Counted from the stretch's first letter, positions 37,474-45,864 are shown. The stretch is DNA of 64,000 bases from Candidatus Peregrinibacteria bacterium (GCA_016196225.1 JACPXZ010000029.1:24849-88848), one strand, 5' to 3'. The notes: generated by a model from the letters alone, not told the origin. Program-made: numbers and translations.

Positions 37474-37505
37474 CGTACTATTGTACATGAAAATTAAAAT
37501 TTTGG

Positions 37506-38510
37506 CTACTTCTTGGGACATGTCGTTGATTGTCCAATTTGACATTGGATATATGCCGCAAAGTCAAGGATACCATCCCCATTGGTATCTTCTTTAAGAG
37601 GATCGGTTTCTCCATCATCCAAGATCCCGTTGAGATTGAGATCTTCTCCCAGGAGCGCTTCTTGACCGCTACCCAGTCGTACCCGGCAGAGACCGTCGCA
37701 GAGTCCGTCGCGGTCGGTGTCTTTTTTCCGTGGATCGGTTTCACCCGATTCGACAATGCCGTTCCAGTTTTTGTCTTCGAGACCATCGATAAGACCGTCA
37801 TTATCCGTATCGCGGATCAGGGGGGTTGTTTGAGTCAAGTATTCGACACCATCCCAAATACCATCCCGATCGGTGTCCGGGGACTCCGGGTCGGTCCCGA
37901 TATTTTTTTCCATCTTTGTATTGAAAAGATCGTTATCCGCATCCAGTCCGATGGACAGCGGTTCCTGTGTCATGATGTAGCAGAGGAGGCCTGGAGTGAA
38001 CATTTCGACTTCGTGACGGATGAGCATCGGTGTCCGGCGTTGCTTCTGGAGATCTTTTTTGGTGGGGAGCCGGTGAATCGAAAACGACGGTTTTTTTGCC
38101 TGTTCCTGTTCTTCCCGATATGTGCGTTCGGCTTCGGAGAGAAAGAGTTTCCCCGGGAGTCCGGTTCGTGCGGCAACCGTCTCGCTCGGGTAGTTTTCGG
38201 GGAGACAATATCCCCAATAACGGACGCGCTCTCCGCTATTACCCAAGAGAACGTCTCGTGCAATGCGGCGAAAGTTAAACGGAAGATGGATGACGGTGTG
38301 CGTATTGGCGGGGATGGTTGCTCCCTGTTCGATTTGTTCCGGTTCGATGAATTCCCACTGGGTCGGTCCTTTTTGATGTGGGAGGATTCGTGCCTCTGCT
38401 GAAGAGGGATGAGCGAGGATCAGTGCGTAGGCGATCATCCCGACGTTTGCGGCGCCAAGAATATAGGTGAGCCTCTTACTGATCTTGTATGCTGACCATT
38501 GCGCATGCAT
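37506..38510 (-). CDS. Membrane-anchored protein with thrombospondin type-3-like Ca-binding (DxDxDG) repeats
   Basis: It has an N-terminal TM segment. The C-terminus carries DTDRDGIWDG, DTDNDGLIDG, DTDRDGLCDG and DTNGDGILD. Tandem ATGs lie at 38513 and 38510. Confidence 0.7.
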   Translation of the reverse strand: MHAQWSAYKISKRLTYILGAANVGMIAYALILAHPSSAEARILPHQKGPTQWEFIEPEQIEQGATIPANTHTVIHLPFNFRRIARDVLLGNSGERVRYWGYCLPENYPSETVAARTGLPGKLFLSEAERTYREEQEQAKKPSFSIHRLPTKKDLQKQRRTPMLIRHEVEMFTPGLLCYIMTQEPLSIGLDADNDLFNTKMEKNIGTDPESPDTDRDGIWDGVEYLTQTTPLIRDTDNDGLIDGLEDKNWNGIVESGETDPRKKDTDRDGLCDGLCRVRLGSGQEALLGEDLNLNGILDDGETDPLKEDTNGDGILDFAAYIQCQIGQSTTCPKK

Positions 38511-38574
38511 CATGTCATTATACCAGATTTTGTGGATGTCTTCTAGGCGTGTTTTCGGTATGATTTAATGCGGT

Positions 38575-39630
38575 ATGACTAAGGATCTTTATGCTGTATT
38601 GGGATTGGAACGCAATGCGTCTATTGACGACATCAAGAAGGCATACCGCCGTTTAAGCAAAGAGTTGCATCCCGATCGACAAAAAGGAAACAAAGAAACC
38701 GAAAAGCGTTTTAAGGAGGTAAACGAAGCGTACGAAATCCTTTCGGATGCGAAAAAAAAAGAGTCGTATGATCGTTTTGGATACGATGCCCGGTCGAGTG
38801 GATTCCATGGGAGCCCCTTTGAGGGATTTTCTGCAGAGGGGTTTGGCGGTTTGGGGGACATCTTCGAACAATTTTTCGGAGGGGGCAAACGCACCGGATC
38901 GCAAGCGCGAGGAGAGGATCATGAAGTGCAGGTGCAGATTTCGTTTAAAGAATCGGCAGAAGGAATCGAAAAACCCATCACGTTTGCCCGAACTGTTTCT
39001 TGTGAAGAGTGCGGAGGGACCGGCGGACAGCGGGAAGCGCAGATGATTTCCTGTGAAAAATGCGGAGGGACCGGTCAAGTCCGACGCGCGACCCCGTCGT
39101 TTTTTGGTGAGATTTTGGAGCGTGTACTTTGCGAGGGGTGTCGGGGGTCCGGCCGTGTTCCCAATCGATTATGTACGCATTGTCGCGGGGAAGGACATGT
39201 CCGCGTATCTCAAGAGGAAAAAGTGCATATTCCCGCTGGTATTGCAGATGGGCAGACCATTCGTATTCAGGGTAAGGGGGATGTTGGATTTCGTGGAGGA
39301 AGCCCCGGTGATCTTTTTGTGACCGTTCGTGTTCTGAACGATAAGCGGTTTACGCGCGATGGGAATGACGTGCGTTCGACTGTACATGTTCCGCTTATCA
39401 CGGCACTTCTCGGTGGGGAGTGCCCGATTGATACAGTGCAAGATACTGCCACATTAAAGATTCCAGCCGGTACCCAATCGCATCAACTCTTTCGTCTCCG
39501 TGGTAAAGGGATGCCGGTAGTGGGGACATCTCGGTACGGTGATCATTATGCGACAGTGGTGGTGGACATTCCGACAAAACTTTCCCGGCGTGAGCAGGAA
39601 TTGATTGAAGAATGGCAATCACTAGCCTAA
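38575..39630 (+). CDS. dnaJ: Molecular chaperone DnaJ
   Basis: It has a J domain (..[12 protein letters not shown]..), a G/F region and four CxxCxGxG zinc-finger motifs. Confidence 0.94.
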   Translation: MTKDLYAVLGLERNASIDDIKKAYRRLSKELHPDRQKGNKETEKRFKEVNEAYEILSDAKKKESYDRFGYDARSSGFHGSPFEGFSAEGFGGLGDIFEQFFGGGKRTGSQARGEDHEVQVQISFKESAEGIEKPITFARTVSCEECGGTGGQREAQMISCEKCGGTGQVRRATPSFFGEILERVLCEGCRGSGRVPNRLCTHCRGEGHVRVSQEEKVHIPAGIADGQTIRIQGKGDVGFRGGSPGDLFVTVRVLNDKRFTRDGNDVRSTVHVPLITALLGGECPIDTVQDTATLKIPAGTQSHQLFRLRGKGMPVVGTSRYGDHYATVVVDIPTKLSRREQELIEEWQSLA

Positions 39631-40173
39631 TCAGACGTCTAGATTGTCTAATCCGGTATCCTCAATAATCGGCGCGAGTTCACCATCGGAGGATTCTTTT
39701 GCCTTTTGATCTTCTTTGAGTCGCAGGACCACTTGCCGGTAATCCCCTTCTCCCGTGCTCTCCGTGGTAAGATCTTGAAGAGTGGGAGACCCTGCGATGT
39801 GAAGGTGAACCATCCGACGTAAATAAGGATTCATGGGGGGGAGGGCGATGCGAGCGCCTGTACGGCGGACAAAATCAGCCTTTTGTTCGGCCATGCGGCA
39901 GACTTTTTCCTCCTGCAAGCGGCGATACCCGTCGACATCCAGAATGAGGAACGGGGCTCGGGACAATTGATTCGCCTCACGGACAATAGATTTGAGAAGG
40001 TGCTGAAGAGCATTGAGCGTTTCGCCATGCCATCCGATGAGGCGGCTAGCATGAGGAGAGTTAAGATCGATGCGAATAAAATCCTGTTCCTCGGTGATGG
40101 AAATATTTTCAAACGGGAGCGCAAGGGCAGTGAGGAGGCCGGAAAGAATTTCCTTGATCCTGTTATGGTCCAT
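39631..40173 (-). CDS. jag: Jag/KhpB-like RNA-binding protein (KH + R3H domains)
   Basis: The sequence reads ..LIGWHGETLNALQHLL.. (KH-like) and ..LPPMNPYLRRMVHLHI.. (R3H). Confidence 0.75.
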   Translation of the reverse strand: MDHNRIKEILSGLLTALALPFENISITEEQDFIRIDLNSPHASRLIGWHGETLNALQHLLKSIVREANQLSRAPFLILDVDGYRRLQEEKVCRMAEQKADFVRRTGARIALPPMNPYLRRMVHLHIAGSPTLQDLTTESTGEGDYRQVVLRLKEDQKAKESSDGELAPIIEDTGLDNLDV

Positions 40174-40200
40174 GAGGGTGAGAGGATAGCATAATTGATT

Positions 40201-40232
40201 AAAAAAACCCCCGACTTCACGGAGGTTTTTTT
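40201..40232. terminator. Intrinsic terminator (bidirectional A/T-flanked hairpin) downstream of HU
   Basis: The sequence is aaaaaaACCCCCG-acttca-CGGAGGTttttttt. Confidence 0.6.
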
Positions 40233-40251
40233 ATCCTACGAAGGAGGTTAA

Positions 40252-40533
40252 TTAACGAACGGCATCTTTAAGAGTCTTGCCTGCCTTGAAGGATGGAACC
40301 TTCATAGCAGGGATGGAGATACGCTCGGTGGGGTTGCGAGGATTGACACCCATGCGGGCAGCTCTCTTGGAAACACGGAAAGTACCAAAACCGGTGATCG
40401 TAACATTGTTGCCACGCTTCAACTCTTTCGTGACCGTCGAAGTAAGAGCTTCAAGAGCGAGGGCAGAGGCGCGCTTGGTGATGCCGGCAGCATCCGCCAG
40501 GAGAGCAATAAGATCCTGCTTGGACATAGACAT
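40252..40533 (-). CDS. hup: DNA-binding protein HU
   Basis: The sequence is MSMSKQDLIALLADAAGITKRASALALEALTSTVTKELKRGNNVTITGFGTFRVSKRAARMGVNPRNPTERISIPAMKVPSFKAGKTLKDAV. The rest of ORF 40252..41607 is antisense to topA. Confidence 0.92.
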   Translation of the reverse strand: MSMSKQDLIALLADAAGITKRASALALEALTSTVTKELKRGNNVTITGFGTFRVSKRAARMGVNPRNPTERISIPAMKVPSFKAGKTLKDAVR

Positions 40534-40704
40534 ACGTGAGAGGGGTAAAGAATTATAGAAACATTCGTGAGTGTACGCAGAGTTTAGCGCCTTGCAAGCT
40601 GCATAGGATGTTTTTAGGCTTGGTAAAGCGATACAAGATATGTAATTGGCTTTTTTTAGCCAAAAAGGTTGAGCAAAAAAGTTATTGTTCTCTGCGAACT
40701 CCTT

Positions 40705-40733
40705 TTGACATCTGGCGCGCGGATCCATACCCT
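40705..40733 (+). promoter_or_regulatory. Putative topA promoter
   Basis: The elements are TTGACA-17 nt-TACCCT, ending 10 nt upstream of the ATG. Confidence 0.4.
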
Positions 40734-40743
40734 TTGAGCCCGT

Positions 40744-43080
40744 ATGCCGCGTCATCTCGTCATTGTCGAAAGCCCCGCGAAGGCGAAAACGATTAAAAAA
40801 TTTCTCGGCAAAGACTATATCGTGGAAGCGAGCATGGGACACATTCGTGATCTGCCGAAAAGCGGGCTCGGGATCGATGTCGCAAACAATTTCGAACCGA
40901 CGTACGAAGTGTCCGAAGGAAAGGAATCGGTCGTGAAAAAATTGCAGGCGGCGCTGAAAAATTCCAATGACCTCTGGATCGCGACTGATGAAGATCGTGA
41001 AGGAGAAGCCATTGGGTGGCACCTGACCCAGGCGTTGAAGGTGAAAAAGGGTGATGCTGTAAAACGAATCGTCTTCCATGAAATCACGGAAAGCGCGATC
41101 CAGGAGGCGATCGCGCATCCGCGCACGATCGATCAAAAACTCGTCGACGCGCAAGCGGCGCGGCGCATTCTCGACAGACTCGTCGGGTACACGCTTTCCC
41201 CGTTCCTGTGGAAAAAGGTTTACTCGGGCTTGAGCGCGGGCCGTGTGCAATCGGTCGCGGTGCGGATCATCGTCGATCGCGATCGCGAAATCAAAGCGTT
41301 CAAAGTGCGCGAGTATTGGTCCATTGAGGCGCTTCTCGAAACCGGCAAGAAGGAAAATTTCTCCGCGTTCCTCTCGCAGAAAAACGGGGAAAAGCTGGAA
41401 CCCACAACGAAAGAAGAAACAGAGGAGATACTGAAAAATATCAAGGATAAACCTTTTGCGGTTGTGAGCGTGGAAGAGAAGGAGCTCACGCGCAATCCTG
41501 CGTCTCCTTTCACGACCTCTACGCTGCAGCAGGAAGCCGCGCGGAAACTCGGATTCTCCGTGAAGCAGACGATGGTCGTAGCGCAACAACTCTACGAAGC
41601 GGGCCATATCACCTACATGCGTACGGACTCCGTAAATTTGAGCAAGAAGGCGCTCAACGATGCCACGCAGGCGATCGAGAAATCATTTGGGCGCGAGTAC
41701 GTGCTGAGTAGCCCGCGCATATATAAGACGAAGGCGAAGGGCGCGCAGGAAGCGCACGAAGCGATCCGTCCAACGGAAATGGAGCGCACACCAAAGAGTG
41801 TGGAAGATACGCTCGATCATCAGCAACTCAAGCTCTATACGCTGATCTGGAATCGAACGATCGCGACCCAAATGCCAGCGGCGCAGTTTAAACGTATAGG
41901 AGCAGATATCACGGTGGATGCCTACACTTTTCGTGCCACTGGACAAACGGTGATCTTCGATGGATTTTTGCGCGCGTACAGTGAAGGGAAAGATGAAGAT
42001 GCGGGGCAAGACGAGGATGGGGAGAAATTTTTGCCACCCCTCGCCGTCGGCAATGCGCTTGTGTGTAATGAACTGAAGCCGGAGCAGCACTTTACCAAAC
42101 CCCCTGCGCGTTACACCGAAGCGTCGCTCGTAAAAAAATTGGAGGAGGAAGGCATTGGCCGTCCGAGCACCTACGCGCCGACGATCAGTACGATTCAGCA
42201 GCGCGGTTACATCCGTAAAGACGGCAGGAATCTTATTCCCGAAGATATTGCATTTACGGTGACGGATCTGCTCGCCGAGCACTTCCCCGATATCGTGAAT
42301 CTCGCTTTCACCGCGGAGATGGAGCAATCGCTCGATGACATTGCGGAAGGCGGTAACGAGAGCACGAAGTTTCTGCGCGGATTTTTCGGTCCGTTCAAAA
42401 AGCTTGTCGACAGCAAGACGAAGGAAATCAAAAAAACAGATGTACTGAAAGAACGTGTGCTCGGGACGGATCCCAAGACCGGTCTTGAGGTGCTCGTGCG
42501 CACGGGGCGCTTTGGACACTACGTGCAACTTGGTCGGCTGGAGCCAAAGGAGAAGAACCCCCCTTCGCCCCGAGGGCTTCGTGGGGCAAGAAAGAAAAAA
42601 GGTGAAGGGCCGAGGACAGCGGGCGTCCCCAAGCATTTGAGTATCGATGACGTGACGCTCCCGCAGGCACTCGGACTCCTGAGTTTTCCGCGCGTGCTTG
42701 GGCAGTACGGTGGCAATGACCTCTCGGTGATCCTTGGGCGCTTCGGCCCGTACATGAAGTGCGGCGATCTGACTGCTGCCCTCCCCAAGGAAGTGGAGCC
42801 GGCGAGCGTAGATCTTGCACAAGCGATCGAACTTTTCACCACTGCAGCAGAAAGAAAGAAGCAAGCGGCACTACCGCTCCGTACGCTTGGGAAGGATCCG
42901 ACAACGGGAGGAGAAATACTTGTCAAAGACGGTCGCTATGGACCGTATGTAACGGATGGGAAAACGAATGCATCGCTCGGTAAAAAGTTTGATCCCCTCT
43001 CCATAACCCTTGAGCAGGCCGTCGAGTTGCTTGTTAAAAAACGTGCGCGTCCTCCTCGCAAATGGGGGAATAAGAAGTGA
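40744..43080 (+). CDS. topA: DNA topoisomerase I
   Basis: It has a TOPRIM N-terminus (MPRHLVIVESPAKAKTIKKFLG..), an active-site region ..ITYMRTDS.. and a basic C-terminus. Confidence 0.95.
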   Translation: MPRHLVIVESPAKAKTIKKFLGKDYIVEASMGHIRDLPKSGLGIDVANNFEPTYEVSEGKESVVKKLQAALKNSNDLWIATDEDREGEAIGWHLTQALKVKKGDAVKRIVFHEITESAIQEAIAHPRTIDQKLVDAQAARRILDRLVGYTLSPFLWKKVYSGLSAGRVQSVAVRIIVDRDREIKAFKVREYWSIEALLETGKKENFSAFLSQKNGEKLEPTTKEETEEILKNIKDKPFAVVSVEEKELTRNPASPFTTSTLQQEAARKLGFSVKQTMVVAQQLYEAGHITYMRTDSVNLSKKALNDATQAIEKSFGREYVLSSPRIYKTKAKGAQEAHEAIRPTEMERTPKSVEDTLDHQQLKLYTLIWNRTIATQMPAAQFKRIGADITVDAYTFRATGQTVIFDGFLRAYSEGKDEDAGQDEDGEKFLPPLAVGNALVCNELKPEQHFTKPPARYTEASLVKKLEEEGIGRPSTYAPTISTIQQRGYIRKDGRNLIPEDIAFTVTDLLAEHFPDIVNLAFTAEMEQSLDDIAEGGNESTKFLRGFFGPFKKLVDSKTKEIKKTDVLKERVLGTDPKTGLEVLVRTGRFGHYVQLGRLEPKEKNPPSPRGLRGARKKKGEGPRTAGVPKHLSIDDVTLPQALGLLSFPRVLGQYGGNDLSVILGRFGPYMKCGDLTAALPKEVEPASVDLAQAIELFTTAAERKKQAALPLRTLGKDPTTGGEILVKDGRYGPYVTDGKTNASLGKKFDPLSITLEQAVELLVKKRARPPRKWGNKK

Positions 43081-43386
43081 TCACCCCATGATCATCCTAA
43101 TGATCAACCCCATTTTCCCTCGGTGATCATGAATACTCAAATGACTCATCATGATCATGATCATTTTATGTATCTATTTGAACACTCGATACTAAGGCAT
43201 GATGATTTTATCTATATTTAGGGCTAAAACGAAATTAAAAATAGTACATATCAATCCCCTCTCATTCGTGGGATGATCATGATCAGTGTATGATCACTGC
43301 CTGATCATCGGGTGATCACCGAGCGGAACGCCTGATGAGATTGACTAGTCATGATCACTTCATGATCAGTATCATGATCATGATCA
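43078..43386. repeat. Array of 15 TGATCA palindromes in two blocks (6 + 9) flanking an AT-rich core of about 107 bp
   Basis: Hexamer starts are 43078, 43089, 43101, 43124, 43152, 43158 | 43274, 43280, 43291, 43302, 43313, 43352, 43363, 43375, 43381. Most spacings are 11-12 bp, or 6 bp for abutting sites. Confidence 0.95.
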
Positions 43387-43895
43387 TGAAGGCTGAGTTT
43401 TTGACCATTAAAGAGGCGGCAGATCGATTTGGAAGGGCAGAGATCACCGTTCGTCGTCTGGTGCGACAGGTTGTGCAGAAGAAAAACACTCCCAATCGCC
43501 GTTTTATCCGCCCCGGCATCATGGACGCGGAGCGTTTCCAAAAAAAGAAGAAGCCCTACGCATATTCGATTAGCACGGATTTGCTCAAAAAAGCCTACGG
43601 TGCTGCATTAGAAAAAGTCGCAGAGGTTCTCACTGATAAACAATCGGATACCGAGATCTTCGAGGGGTCATTGGCACATGTCCTACGCAAGGCCAATGAG
43701 CAGCTGGAAAAGCAATTAAGTGTCAAAGATGAGCAAATCAAGGCACTTAATCAGACCTTAGAAGATCTTTCCGAGCGGCAGCGAGAGACCAATATTCTCA
43801 TGAAGGGATTACAGGAACGACTTCTTATCGAGTCGCCGCGTAGGCGGTGGTGGAGGTTTTGGAGGAAGGAGAGGACAAGGTTTGATGGACAATAA
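43386..43895 (+). CDS. Excisionase/MerR-superfamily HTH protein with coiled-coil and basic Trp/Arg C-terminus
   Basis: The sequence is MKAEFLTIKEAADRFGRAEITVRRLVRQVV.. (HTH_17-like), then ..QLEKQLSVKDEQIKALNQTLEDLSERQRE.. (coiled coil), ending RRRWWRFWRKERTR. The start is uncertain; the in-frame ATG at 43335 lies inside the repeat array. Confidence 0.65.
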   Translation: MKAEFLTIKEAADRFGRAEITVRRLVRQVVQKKNTPNRRFIRPGIMDAERFQKKKKPYAYSISTDLLKKAYGAALEKVAEVLTDKQSDTEIFEGSLAHVLRKANEQLEKQLSVKDEQIKALNQTLEDLSERQRETNILMKGLQERLLIESPRRRWWRFWRKERTRFDGQ

Positions 43896-44742
43896 AATCC
43901 AGTACCAGTTTTTGGGCATTGTCCGAGTATTGTGCGAGTTGCGATGGGGGATCATTCACTTGATCCCCTTTAAGACGGTCCAGAAGCACGGCGCAGACGA
44001 TGCCGGCAGGGATCCGGGCCCGCGAACAGAAGGCGGCAAACATCGTGGATTCCATCTCGATGTTGCGCACCCCTCGAAGATGAGCGAGTTTCCAAAAAAG
44101 TTCCCGTTCCTTGGGAGAATAGGGAGGATCGAGCGCTCCATCAAAGCGCGCCTGTCCTTCATAAAAATCGTCCGTTCCCATGGTTTTTCCGAGAACGACA
44201 GGGAAGGATTCTTTGATGTTCAGCAACTGCGCGGCAAGAAGGGCATCGACATTCGTAGAGCAATATTTACGTGATCCGAGCATAACATGCTCAAAGACGG
44301 GCTCGAGTTCGGCATTCACCGCTTGCTCTGTAACGACAACAGAACCGGGTTTGACCCCGATGCCTCCGGAGGTCCCGATGCGGATAAAGAGGGGATCGGC
44401 ACATTCGGCATAATGGAGGAGCTTGGTGATCTCATTGAGAAGGATCGACATCGATGGCATTCCCATGCCATGAGAGACGGAGATCACCGGCCCCACCTTG
44501 TAGAGAGAGAATCGATCAGTTTTTCCAATGGGTTTTAAGCCTCTATTGTGGGGGATAGAAAGACCAAGGACCTCTGCCGTTTTTTCTGCAAAATCTTTCG
44601 CGCGCTCATTGCTCCCCCCCATACAGACAAACTTCGTGTCCCCAAATATGCTCTTGAGGTCCATCGTCGAATCGAGTCCCAAGTGATAGAGGTAATCAAC
44701 GGGGAGGTCTTGGAGGTGGGGATTCAGTACAGAGATGTCCAT
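43825..44742 (-). CDS. udp: Uridine phosphorylase (long, UPP1-like form of the PNP/UDP_1 family)
   Basis: The sequence reads ..FVCMGGSNERAKDF..YKVGPVISVSHGMGMPSMSILLNEITKLL..IRIGTSGGIG..DFYEGQARFDGA..GVRNIEMESTMFAAF.. Confidence 0.85.
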   Translation of the reverse strand: MDISVLNPHLQDLPVDYLYHLGLDSTMDLKSIFGDTKFVCMGGSNERAKDFAEKTAEVLGLSIPHNRGLKPIGKTDRFSLYKVGPVISVSHGMGMPSMSILLNEITKLLHYAECADPLFIRIGTSGGIGVKPGSVVVTEQAVNAELEPVFEHVMLGSRKYCSTNVDALLAAQLLNIKESFPVVLGKTMGTDDFYEGQARFDGALDPPYSPKERELFWKLAHLRGVRNIEMESTMFAAFCSRARIPAGIVCAVLLDRLKGDQVNDPPSQLAQYSDNAQKLVLDFIVHQTLSSPSSKTSTTAYAATR

Positions 44743-44805
44743 AGCAAGCGGTCATTGTAGCATGGATATTTGTCGGTAAGATATTGATGAAATACGTCCG
44801 TTCAT

Positions 44806-44881
44806 AGGCGCTTAGCTCAGTTGGTAGAGCGTCGGTCTCCAAAACCGAAGGTCGTAGGTTCGATCCCTACAGCGCCTGCCA
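44806..44881 (+). tRNA. tRNA-Trp (anticodon CCA), CCA encoded
   Basis: A manual cloverleaf fits: AGGCGCU-UA-GCUC-AGUUGGUA-GAGC-G-UCGGU-CUCCAAA-ACCGA-AGGUC-GUAGG-UUCGAUC-CCUAC-AGCGCCU-G-CCA. Confidence 0.95.
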
Positions 44882-44919
44882 CTCTCGCCGCACAGGCAAA
44901 AATCCGCTATAATGTTCTG

Positions 44920-45864
44920 ATGGAGATCAAAATCAGTTTCGAGTACCCCCGACCGCTGACTATTCTTGTTCTCGTAGGGATCGTCGTTGCGTTTGTATTC
45001 TCAATAGATTCCGCAGAGGCTCCGATACAGGCGGATGTTCGTTTATCCGATGATACGGTGTTCTATCGTAACGGTGAGGAGATGCCGCGTGGGGGACCGG
45101 ACGGGATGGAGATGACATCGACGGAGTACGTGCGGCGGCTGCGGCTGGAGCAAACTGTTCTTGCACGAAAGACAACGATTCTTCGATACCAATTGTCCGT
45201 GTTAGAACGAAAAGCAAAAGAAGAACGTTCCCCCGAAATTCGCGACGCGCAGCGTCGCCTGGTGGCGCTTTTTCATGACGAGCGGGCACTGGAATCCGCA
45301 ATGCTCCAGTCTCTCCGGGAAATGCAGGTTGCCCGTGATCATGCGCAGATTATTGCCGAGAGGACGGTCTATCCCGTGCAATCGTCTGCAGCACTCGCAT
45401 GGCCCATAGAGCCGATATACGGAATTTCCGCCGGGTTTCACGATGACGGGTACACGGAGCGGTTTGGTTTTGAACATCAGGCAATCGATATTCCCGCTCT
45501 GCAAGGGTCGACGGTCTATGCGGCGGCGGATGGGATCGTCAAAGAAGTCTCCGATCACGGACTCGGATTTAATTCGGTCACTATCGCGCATAACGGGGGC
45601 ATGGCGACGTTGTACGGACATGTACGGGAATTCCTCGTGGAGGAGGGGCAACACGTTAAGGCGGGCGATCCTATAGCCCGTTCCGGCGGCATGCCGGGGA
45701 CGCCGGGAGCAGGGTTGATCTCCACCGGACCGCATCTGCACTTTGAAGTCATTGCTCGTGGAGAGCCGGTGGATCCTTTAGTGGTCCTTCCATCGCGTTT
45801 CTTTCATGGGACATTGGTGCGTGTTCCTACGGAGCTTGGCGCTCGGCCAGACTTTTCTGCATGA
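44920..45864 (+). CDS. M23 family metallopeptidase (membrane-anchored, coiled-coil linker)
   Basis: The sequence reads ..HQAIDIPALQGSTVYAAADGIV..TIAHNGGMATLYGHV..GPHLHFEV... ATG 44920 lies just after the tRNA, with TATAAT 6 nt upstream. Confidence 0.85.
   Translation: MEIKISFEYPRPLTILVLVGIVVAFVFSIDSAEAPIQADVRLSDDTVFYRNGEEMPRGGPDGMEMTSTEYVRRLRLEQTVLARKTTILRYQLSVLERKAKEERSPEIRDAQRRLVALFHDERALESAMLQSLREMQVARDHAQIIAERTVYPVQSSAALAWPIEPIYGISAGFHDDGYTERFGFEHQAIDIPALQGSTVYAAADGIVKEVSDHGLGFNSVTIAHNGGMATLYGHVREFLVEEGQHVKAGDPIARSGGMPGTPGAGLISTGPHLHFEVIARGEPVDPLVVLPSRFFHGTLVRVPTELGARPDFSA

Noticed and set aside
36490-38402. Plus-strand ORFs 36490..37245 (251 aa) and 37530..38402 (290 aa).
   Set aside because: They are antisense to recJ, the LAXTG protein and the TSP3-repeat gene. 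The minus-strand products have signal peptides, TM segments and repeats that make sense, whereas the plus-strand products do not.
40534-41607. The upstream 358 codons of the 451-aa minus-strand ORF 40252..41607.
   Set aside because: Only the last 93 codons (HU, from ATG 40533) look like a real protein. The rest is Arg/Phe/Leu-rich antisense translation of topA, a typical shadow ORF in a GC-balanced gene.
41683-42864. A 393-aa minus-strand ORF.
   Set aside because: It is entirely antisense to the well-supported topA gene, has Arg/Leu/His-rich composition and shows no recognisable motifs.
43164-43273. DnaA boxes in the AT-rich core of the TGATCA array (TTATCTATA, GTATCTATT).
   Set aside because: The best matches to TTATCCACA have two or more mismatches and there are only two of them. 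That is insufficient to call an oriC, so the origin idea is kept only as one hypothesis under the array finding.
43078-44881. An integrated mobile element suggested by an excisionase-like HTH next to tRNA-Trp.
   Set aside because: There is no integrase, recombinase, phage or plasmid gene. I could not find a direct repeat of the tRNA-Trp 3' end. The flanking genes (topA, udp) are housekeeping.
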